Shown piece by piece: positions 57,067-64,000 of a stretch of 64,000 nucleotides of DNA; position 1 is the first letter of the stretch, and every line of letters starts with the position of its first letter. The position numbers and the translations under genes are program-made. The notes below the pieces were generated by a model. It saw only the letters and a program-made list of their open reading frames with translations. It searched no databases and was not told the DNA's origin. Source of the stretch: an uncultured Chloroflexia bacterium (GTDB lineage Bacteria > Chloroflexota > Anaerolineae > Promineifilales > Promineifilaceae); the NCBI GenBank assembly GCA_963697305.1, contig CAVONO010000014.1, positions 3,338 to 67,337 on the forward strand. Direction: 5' to 3'.

Positions 57067-58055
57067 GAATCGGAATCATGAGCTTTGCCCATCACCATGC
57101 CGAAGCATACATCCACAACGTGCGCACTATTCCCGAGCTAGCGTTGATGGGCATTGCGGATGAGGATATGGAACGCGGCCGTTCCTATGCTGATCGCTTC
57201 AACACACACCTCTATGCGAATTACCAGGCGCTGCTCGACGACAACCCGGACGGCGTCATTGTCTGTTCCGAAAATGTCAAACACCGCCCCCTGGTGGAAA
57301 TGGCAGCCAGAGCCGGCGCGCACGTGCTCTGTGAAAAACCGCTGGCTACGACGCTTGAAGATGCGCAGGCGATGATCGACAGTTGCCGCCAGGCGGGTGT
57401 GATTTTGATGACCGCCTTCCCCATGCGCTTCAGCGCGCCCATCACGCAGGTCAAAGCGCAGCTAGATAAAGGTGCGTTGGGTCACGTATACTGCCTCAAT
57501 ACGACGAACCAGGGACGAATGCCCATTCACGAACGGCGTTGGTTTGTGGACCCGGAATTGGCCGGAGGCGGGGCCGTGACTGACCATACGGTGCACCTGG
57601 CAGACGTGCTGCGCTGGTACCTGAACAGTGAAGTGACGGAGGTATTCGCTCTGACCAATCGTATCTTGCATGCGGATCTGGTCAGCGTGGAAACGGCGGG
57701 GCTGTTGATGCTGACCTTCGCCGACGGCACCTTCGCCACGATCGATTGCAGCTGGAGCAAGCCGCTTAATTATCCCACCTGGGGCGGCCTGACCATGGAA
57801 TTGATCAGCGAGCGTGGATTGACGGTTGTGGATGCATTCAGCCAGAACCTGACCGTACACCGGCAAGAACCGGCTGCTTCAGCCTGGACGTATTGGGGCT
57901 CGGATGCAGACCGGGGGATGGTAGAGGAGTTCGCGGCGGCTATGCGTGAAGGGCGACCAGCGATGATCAGCGGCGAAGATGGATATAAAGCATTGGAGAT
58001 CGTCCTGGCTGCTTATGAATCGGCTGCCACAGGTCAGGCAATTAGCTTAAGATAA
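57063..58055 (+). CDS. Gfo/Idh/MocA family oxidoreductase (second paralogue)
   Basis: The VLCEKPLA motif. ATGA overlap with the upstream gene. Confidence 0.85.
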   Translation: MRIGIMSFAHHHAEAYIHNVRTIPELALMGIADEDMERGRSYADRFNTHLYANYQALLDDNPDGVIVCSENVKHRPLVEMAARAGAHVLCEKPLATTLEDAQAMIDSCRQAGVILMTAFPMRFSAPITQVKAQLDKGALGHVYCLNTTNQGRMPIHERRWFVDPELAGGGAVTDHTVHLADVLRWYLNSEVTEVFALTNRILHADLVSVETAGLLMLTFADGTFATIDCSWSKPLNYPTWGGLTMELISERGLTVVDAFSQNLTVHRQEPAASAWTYWGSDADRGMVEEFAAAMREGRPAMISGEDGYKALEIVLAAYESAATGQAISLR

Positions 58056-58146
58056 ACATCAGCCAGATATCTGGTTTCCATATCCGAATCGGGTATATTT
58101 GCCGGCGGTAATCTCGAAGATCGAAACAGTGAACGAGGTATAAGCG

Positions 58147-58446
58147 ATGTCTGAATTACAAGCGCAGTTTGAATCGGCCACGGTGCGGGCTAAGAACCTC
58201 CCGGCCAGACCAGACAATGAAACCATGCTGCAACTGTACAGCCTCTACAAGCAGGCCACGGCGGGTGATGTATCCGGCAAGCGGCCCGGGTTCACTGATT
58301 TTGTAGGCCGGGCGAAGTACGACGCCTGGAAGAAACTAAAAGGCACCGGCAGTGACGCGGCGAAACAAGCTTATATTGACAAGGTGGACGAGCTTAGCGG
58401 TTCCGAGGATGATAGCGGCGGTGGTTCGGCGAGCTTCGGCGATTGA
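58147..58446 (+). CDS. Acyl-CoA-binding protein (ACBP) domain protein
   Basis: ACBP signature LQLYSLYKQATAGD...KPGFTDFVGRAKYDAW. Confidence 0.85.
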   Translation: MSELQAQFESATVRAKNLPARPDNETMLQLYSLYKQATAGDVSGKRPGFTDFVGRAKYDAWKKLKGTGSDAAKQAYIDKVDELSGSEDDSGGGSASFGD

Positions 58447-58597
58447 TCAAGAACGCACGCTTGTTGGTGTAACACAGTCAAAACAACCAACTAATCAACA
58501 GTTAGTCAGTCAAACGCACCGCGGCGCACCATTATCGATAAATTTGCAAAGCTGACAGCAGACGGCTGACACCTGATATCAAAGGAGACAAAATATT

Positions 58598-59086
58598 ATG
58601 AGCAAACAATGGAGCAGCCCCCCTGAGATGATCATTGATCCCCAAAAGAAATACGGGGCGACTATGGAAACCAACAAGGGCAATATCGAACTAAACTTGT
58701 TTACGGCAGACGCGCCCCAGACGGTCAACAATTTCGTCTTTTTGGCCCGCGAGGGGTTTTATGACGGCGTCGTATTCCATCGCGTGATCAGCAACTTCAT
58801 GATCCAGGGTGGCGATCCGACGGGTACCGGCCGTGGCGGCCCAGGTTATCGCTTTGAAGATGAACTGGTTGGTAACCCGCAGAAGCACGAAACGGGCACG
58901 CTTTCCATGGCCAATGCCGGCCCAAATACCAACGGCAGCCAATTCTTCATCACCCACGCTCCCCAGCCGCACCTGAACGGCGCGCACACAGTCTTTGGCG
59001 AAGTGGCCAATAAGACGAGCATGAACGTGGTCAATGCCATCCGGCAAGGGGACAGCATCAAAGCCGTAACCATCAGCGAAATGTAG
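58598..59086 (+). CDS. ppiB: Cyclophilin-type peptidyl-prolyl cis-trans isomerase
   Basis: [25 protein letters not shown]...[18 protein letters not shown]. Confidence 0.95.
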   Translation: MSKQWSSPPEMIIDPQKKYGATMETNKGNIELNLFTADAPQTVNNFVFLAREGFYDGVVFHRVISNFMIQGGDPTGTGRGGPGYRFEDELVGNPQKHETGTLSMANAGPNTNGSQFFITHAPQPHLNGAHTVFGEVANKTSMNVVNAIRQGDSIKAVTISEM

Positions 59087-59146
59087 TCAATCTGGACAAG
59101 TGCGTGAGCAGTAGCTTTTCCCGGTTTCCAACCTGATTTTAGCGCG

Positions 59147-59188
59147 AAAACCGGCTGCCCGTTCAGATGAACGGGCAGCCGGTTTTTT
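59147..59188 (+). terminator. Intrinsic terminator after ppiB
   Basis: An 18-bp perfect stem AAAACCGGCTGCCCGTTC / GAACGGGCAGCCGGTTTT with a 4-nt loop, running into a T tract. Confidence 0.85.
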
Positions 59189-59598
59189 ATTGAACCAGAT
59201 ACCGAACAGGGGTTCAATCTCAGTTAAAAATGAAGGACGTCGCACAAGGTGCCCTTTTCGGCATCTCAAATGCAAGCAGGCGACATCTTAGGGTGCCTGC
59301 TACTCCAACCCATTTGAAACACACCCATTACCAAATCGGCCAAAAATAGGCGATAATTGGGCGATTGTGCGATGAGGGAAAGGGCCCATTAGCGCAGGTC
59401 TTAGCGCTGCCGGAATCTCCCCACACGCAATAACATGCAAAATGATTAGCAGGCGTTAAGGGAAAAAACCTTGACTCGTGGTTGCTTTTATAATGATAAG
59501 TTCGTGTGCTGGACAGGAGCGATCCAGCCAGCCTCTGTCGGCGAGTTGATCATGGGTGGGCTTCCTTTGCTCCAGGAAGTTGCCAATGCGAGGTGTAC

Positions 59599-61392
59599 GT
59601 GACAGGAGAGAAGTCTCGAAGGCGAGCAAATGTAGATGTATACCGGCGCCTTTTAGGTTATTTACGGCCGTATTCCAAACAGGTCATTTTGGCGTACACG
59701 GCGATGCTGGCCGTGACAGGGCTCAACCTCGTCGTGCCTTTGATCATCAAGAGAGCTATCGACGATGGTCTGGCTGCGGGCAATGCGCAGGCGCTGCTTA
59801 GGGCGGGCGTGGCCATCCTGGGCGTGGCCCTGGTGCGCGGGATCGCCGGCTTCGGCCAACGCTACTACGGCGAGTGGCTCTCGCACCGTACCGGCTATGA
59901 TCTACGCAATCGTTTCTACGACAGCGTGCAGTACCAACCTTTCTCATTTCATGATCGCAGCCATACCGGGGATATGATGAGTCGCGCTACTAGCGATATC
60001 TCGGAAACTGAGCGATTTACGGGAATTGGCCTGGCGGACTTACTGGCCACGATTATGCTGCTGACAGGCGTGATCATCGCCATGCTGCTGGAAGCGCCGC
60101 GCCTGGCCTTAATTGCGCTTTTGCCGTTCCCGGTGCTCATATTCGCTACAATTCGCTTTGGCAGCATCATACGGCCGATGTTCCAACGTATCCAGGAACA
60201 AATGGGCGTGCTCTCGACGACGATGCAGGAGAGTATGACCGGTATCAACGTGGTCAAAGCGTTCTCGCGCGAGCCCTATGAACTGGAAAAATTCGATAAG
60301 GAAAACGATTTGTGGTTTGAGCAGCGCCATCGCGTGATCCGGGCTTGGGCCAACAACTGGCCCTTATTCTCCTTCCTGGTGGCCTTGAGCATCTTTCTGC
60401 TGCTCTGGTTTGGCGGCCCGCTGGCCATGGCGGGGGCGGTCACCGCAGGCACACTCTTCGCCTTGATCTCTTATGTGCTGATGCTCAATGGTCCGGTGCA
60501 GCGGCTTGGGTTCCTGGTTAACCTGGCAGCCACGGCCGGCGCCAGCGCCTCGCGCGTATTCGAAATCATGGATACGCCCAGCGAACTTGTGGAGAAAGAA
60601 AATGCAAAAATCGCGGACCAGATCGCTGGGGACGTGCGCTTCGAGGGCGTTTGCTTTGCTTACCAGTCGGGCGTCAAGATTTTGAGCGACGTGTCATTTT
60701 ATGCCGAGCCAGGGCAAAAGATCGCTCTGATCGGGCCCACCGGTTCGGGAAAATCGACTGTGACCAATCTCATCTTGCGCTTCTATGATGTGAGCGACGG
60801 CCGTGTCCTGGTAGATGGCGTGGACGTGCGCGATTGGCAGTTGCACAGCCTGCGCTCCCATATCGGCATCGTGCAGCAGGCTCCCTTCTTGTTCAGCCAG
60901 TCTGTTGCCGAGAATATCGCTTACGGCCGTGCCGATGCCTCGGATGAAGAGATCATAGCGGCGGCCAAAGCGGCGCACGCCGACAAGTTCATCACTGAGA
61001 TGGCTGATGGATATAACACACGCGTCGGCGAGAGAGGTGTGACCTTGAGCGGCGGCCAGAAGCAGCGCGTGGCCATTGCACGGGCGCTGTTGACTGATCC
61101 GCGTATTTTGATCCTGGACGATTCGACGAGCAGCGTGGACACGGAGACGGAATATTTGATCCAGGAAGCACTCGAGGTGCTGATGGCAGGGCGCACGACC
61201 TTTATCATCGCCCAGAGATTGCAAACGCTGAAGAGCGCAGATGTAATCTTGGTGTTGGACAACGGCCGTATTGTGGAACGGGGCACGCATGATACTTTAC
61301 TGGCCAGGAAGGGTTTATACCAGCAGATTTACGACTTGCAGCTGAAAGATCAGGAAGAGTTCGTCGCTTTGCAAAGGCAGATGGGGGTATAG
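59599..61392 (+). CDS. ABC exporter, fused permease-ATPase (heterodimer partner 1)
   Basis: Six TM segments, Walker A GPTGSGKST, signature LSGGQKQRVAIARAL, Walker B ILILDD. The ORF is open from GTG 59506. I prefer GTG 59599, which has GAGG upstream. Confidence 0.85.
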   Translation: MTGEKSRRRANVDVYRRLLGYLRPYSKQVILAYTAMLAVTGLNLVVPLIIKRAIDDGLAAGNAQALLRAGVAILGVALVRGIAGFGQRYYGEWLSHRTGYDLRNRFYDSVQYQPFSFHDRSHTGDMMSRATSDISETERFTGIGLADLLATIMLLTGVIIAMLLEAPRLALIALLPFPVLIFATIRFGSIIRPMFQRIQEQMGVLSTTMQESMTGINVVKAFSREPYELEKFDKENDLWFEQRHRVIRAWANNWPLFSFLVALSIFLLLWFGGPLAMAGAVTAGTLFALISYVLMLNGPVQRLGFLVNLAATAGASASRVFEIMDTPSELVEKENAKIADQIAGDVRFEGVCFAYQSGVKILSDVSFYAEPGQKIALIGPTGSGKSTVTNLILRFYDVSDGRVLVDGVDVRDWQLHSLRSHIGIVQQAPFLFSQSVAENIAYGRADASDEEIIAAAKAAHADKFITEMADGYNTRVGERGVTLSGGQKQRVAIARALLTDPRILILDDSTSSVDTETEYLIQEALEVLMAGRTTFIIAQRLQTLKSADVILVLDNGRIVERGTHDTLLARKGLYQQIYDLQLKDQEEFVALQRQMGV

Positions 61393-61395
61393 ACC

Positions 61396-63276
61396 ATGTC
61401 TACTCACAATGGATCCAGTACAGACCGTTCGCGTCGCGGTTCGCGTCTGTTGCGGCGCGATGAGAGCATTGAAGAGCAGATCGGAGACCTGCTACCCGAG
61501 GAGGATGACCAGCTAGGCAAGGCGTATGACGGTCGCTTGGTGCGTCGCCTTTCGGTCTATTTACAGCCGTATAAGGCTCGCCTGATTCTGGCTATTGTGC
61601 TGATGATCATCAGTTCGCTTCTAGCGGTCTCGCAGCCGTTGATCATCGGCCTAGCTATCGACAAAGGTATCCGCGCCGGCTCGATGACGGCGCTGCGCAC
61701 CTGGTCCCTCATCTTCCTGGTGGCTGCAGTGGGAGCATGGATAACCAATCGTTGGCGTATCGCCATTATGGCCTACGTGGGAACGGCCGTGGTCGCCGAT
61801 TATCGCAGCCACCTTTTCCGCCACTTACACACCTTGTCGCTCAGTTTCTTCAACAACTACAGCGTGGGTCGCCTGATGAGCCGGCTGATCAGTGATATCG
61901 GCGTGGTGCAGGATTTTATCACCTGGTCGATCACTGGCTTGTTCCGCTCGGTTTTCACGCTCGCGGGCATCGTGATCGCCATGTTTTTACTCAATTGGCA
62001 GTTGGCGCTGGTTACTTTTTCGGTGCTGCCGCTGATGGCCATTTTGACCAATTATTGGCGCAAACATGTACGTATCGCCTACCGGGCCACGCGCCAGCGC
62101 CTTTCGCTGATCAACGGCTACTTGAACGAATCGATCACCGGCATCCGGGTCACGAAAAGCTTCACACGCGAGGAGCGCAACTACCAATATTTCAACAATC
62201 TGAACCACTCCTACTTTAACGCCAATGTCGATGCTTCGCGCCTCTCGGCCATATTCTTCCCCAGCGTTGACCTGATGGGTTCGCTGGCGACGGCGCTGGT
62301 CGTGGGTGTAGGTGGCTGGCTGGTATTGGGCGACGCGCTGACGGCGGGAACGCTGGTCGCCTTCGTCTTGTATGTGGATCATTTTTTCGAGCCGATTCGG
62401 GAACTGGCACAACGTTATAATGTCTTCCAGGCCACGATGGCCGCCAGCGAACGGGTATTTGGTCTATTGGATATCGAACCGGCTATCGCCGACGCGCCTG
62501 AAGCAACGTCACTGCCTCGCATAAATGGACGGGTGGAGTTCCGCGATGTGAGCTTCGGTTACGATGATCGTACGCTGGTGCTGCAGGGGGTCAATCTAAG
62601 CGCGGAACCAGGACAGCGCATCGCTCTGGTGGGCGAAACGGGTGCGGGGAAGAGCACAATCGTACGCCTGTTGGCCCGTTTTTTCGACGTTAGTAGTGGA
62701 AAACTACTGATCGACGGCTTTGATATTCGCCAGATTACACAAGAGAGCTTGCGCCAACAGCTGGGTATCGTCTTGCAGGATACGTTCTTATTCAAGGGCA
62801 GCATTATGGAAAATATCCGCTACGGCCGTCTCGATGCCACTGATGAAGAAGTGATCGACGCGGCTAAAGCGGTGGGGGCACACGAGTTCATCAGCAAGAT
62901 GGTGGATGGTTATGAGACGGATGTCGGGGAGAATGGCGGGAACTTGAGTGTCGGCCAGCGGCAGATCATCTCTTTCGCACGGGCACTGCTGGCGGACCCC
63001 AGTATTCTCGTCCTCGATGAAGCCACGAGCAGCGTGGATACGGCGACGGAAAGGATTATCCAGGAAGCGATGGATACGCTGATGGCCGGGCGCACAAGTT
63101 TCGTCATCGCCCATCGTCTGAGCACGATAGTCACTGCGGATCAGATCGTGGTATTGGATAACGGCCGTATTGTGGAGCAAGGGTCGCACGAAGAGCTGCT
63201 GGGCGAGGAAGGGCGGTACTACAATCTGTACACCATGCAGTGGGCGCAGGAAGGATCGTCTTTTAGTGCCAATTGA
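61396..63276 (+). CDS. ABC exporter, fused permease-ATPase (heterodimer partner 2)
   Basis: Walker A GETGAGKST, signature LSVGQRQIISFARAL, Walker B ILVLDE. It starts 4 nt after the upstream stop. Confidence 0.9.
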   Translation: MSTHNGSSTDRSRRGSRLLRRDESIEEQIGDLLPEEDDQLGKAYDGRLVRRLSVYLQPYKARLILAIVLMIISSLLAVSQPLIIGLAIDKGIRAGSMTALRTWSLIFLVAAVGAWITNRWRIAIMAYVGTAVVADYRSHLFRHLHTLSLSFFNNYSVGRLMSRLISDIGVVQDFITWSITGLFRSVFTLAGIVIAMFLLNWQLALVTFSVLPLMAILTNYWRKHVRIAYRATRQRLSLINGYLNESITGIRVTKSFTREERNYQYFNNLNHSYFNANVDASRLSAIFFPSVDLMGSLATALVVGVGGWLVLGDALTAGTLVAFVLYVDHFFEPIRELAQRYNVFQATMAASERVFGLLDIEPAIADAPEATSLPRINGRVEFRDVSFGYDDRTLVLQGVNLSAEPGQRIALVGETGAGKSTIVRLLARFFDVSSGKLLIDGFDIRQITQESLRQQLGIVLQDTFLFKGSIMENIRYGRLDATDEEVIDAAKAVGAHEFISKMVDGYETDVGENGGNLSVGQRQIISFARALLADPSILVLDEATSSVDTATERIIQEAMDTLMAGRTSFVIAHRLSTIVTADQIVVLDNGRIVEQGSHEELLGEEGRYYNLYTMQWAQEGSSFSAN

Positions 63277-64000
63277 TGTCGTTGCGGGAACGGGTAGCAG
63301 CTGGCGACGATGGCTGATTTTGGGGTTGGCAGCGGTTCTGTTGTTGGCAGGATGTGGCCAGCATAACGGCCAACAGTCAACAACCAACAGCCAACAGCCA
63401 ACAGCCAACAGCCAACAGCCAACCGTTCGCGGGACTACCGTTGTGGAGGCGCAAGGAAGTGGCCAGACAGCAACTATGTCTCCCACCTCGTCGATCACGC
63501 CTGTTCCCTCTTTCACCCCCATTCCGACCCTTAAAGCCGTTCCAACTTCCACCCCAGAGCCGACGCCGACGGCCGCGCCGGCTTTTCCTTTGTATAAAGG
63601 GCCAGCTCTGAAGCGAGAGGATATTGGAGTCCAGGTTCATATTCACCACGAAGATATGGACGAGATTATGGGGCATTTGCGTGCGTTGGGGGTGGGCTGG
63701 GTGAAGGTGCAGGTCTCTTGGAAACTATACCAATCCGCGCCAGACCAGTACACGCAAGATCGCCTGGCGGAATTGGATGGGCTGGTGGATGCGGCGCAGG
63801 CTAATGACATCGAGGTTTTGCTCAATGTATCTAAAGCGCCTGAGTGGAGCCGGTCAACGACGGAGCTGGATGGTCCGCCAACTGATTACGGCCTGTACCA
63901 GGATTTCATGGCTTTTTTGGCGGGCCGCTACCGCGGACGGGTAGCGGCGTTTGAGTTGTGGAATGAGCCGAACTTACAGCGGGAGTGGAATGGATCGCGG
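63266..64000 (+). CDS. GH5-like (clan GH-A) glycoside hydrolase lipoprotein; the 3' end lies outside the window
   Basis: The GTG at 63266 overlaps the upstream stop. Lipobox LLLAGC, a Q/S/T/P-rich linker, then GVGWVKVQVSW...FELWNEPN (the NEP catalytic-acid motif). The frame is open to nt 64000. Confidence 0.6.
   Translation, partial: MPIDVVAGTGSSWRRWLILGLAAVLLLAGCGQHNGQQSTTNSQQPTANSQQPTVRGTTVVEAQGSGQTATMSPTSSITPVPSFTPIPTLKAVPTSTPEPTPTAAPAFPLYKGPALKREDIGVQVHIHHEDMDEIMGHLRALGVGWVKVQVSWKLYQSAPDQYTQDRLAELDGLVDAAQANDIEVLLNVSKAPEWSRSTTELDGPPTDYGLYQDFMAFLAGRYRGRVAAFELWNEPNLQREWNGSR
63371..63426 (+). repeat. Heptanucleotide tandem repeat (CAACAGC)n inside the lipoprotein CDS
   Basis: Units CAACAGT CAACAAC then CAACAGC x5 then CAACCGT. 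It is translated as ...QQSTTNSQQPTANSQQPT... directly after the lipobox Cys. Confidence 0.9.

Noticed and set aside
59471-59499. A promoter upstream of the ABC exporter (TTGACT at 59471 with TATAAT-like sequences downstream).
   Set aside because: The spacing to the best -10 hexamer (TATAAT) is only 12 nt, and the alternatives are weak.
1-64000. A search for rRNA, tRNA, tmRNA, transposase, integrase and prophage genes.
   Set aside because: The intergenic regions contain no cloverleaf-like or rRNA-like sequence that I can recognise, and no ORF has DDE or tyrosine-recombinase motifs. The absence should be confirmed with tRNAscan-SE, Infernal and ISfinder.

Overview
A 64-kb chromosomal segment from a moderately GC-rich bacterium. 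Gene content fits a Chloroflexota-like lineage, but that is a low-confidence guess: isopentenyl phosphate kinase, PKD/CAP and matrixin-type secreted proteins, Liv and sugar ABC systems. I can support about 50 genes. I found no rRNA, tRNA, CRISPR array, transposase or integrase.

Layout:
- 1-8.4 kb: a defence island. It holds the 3' part of a type I hsdR, a 1283-aa multi-domain McrB-family GTPase translationally coupled to a frameshifted McrC nuclease, and two unknown genes.
- 8.4-11.8 kb: a long non-coding stretch with a LexA-box promoter, then a heavily frameshifted alkaline phosphatase and a frameshifted Rieske-domain gene.
- 12-49 kb: housekeeping and envelope genes. These are rsmG, recF, lgt, map, fabH, a two-component system, livJHMGF, isopentenyl phosphate kinase, hydrolases and secreted metalloproteases.
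- 50-58 kb: a sugar-uptake locus with a decayed ROK regulator and a tandemly duplicated two-module solute-binding lipoprotein.
- 58-64 kb: ACBP, cyclophilin, a heterodimeric ABC exporter and a GH5-like lipoprotein.

Main signals:
- The oversized McrB-McrC module.
- The octamer palindrome ACGGCCGT, present 47 times by hand count where about 1 is expected. It behaves like a cyanobacterial HIP1-type highly iterated palindrome, and it is missing from 5-7 kb islands that include McrBC.
- A family of hairpin elements with conserved arms and unrelated loops.
- STRR-like heptanucleotide arrays. One supplies a gene's stop codon and one lies inside a lipoprotein CDS.
- A mosaic, gene-conversion-like tandem duplication inside the sugar-binding protein.
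- A local cluster of frameshifted genes.

All counts and coordinates were obtained by eye and need computational confirmation.
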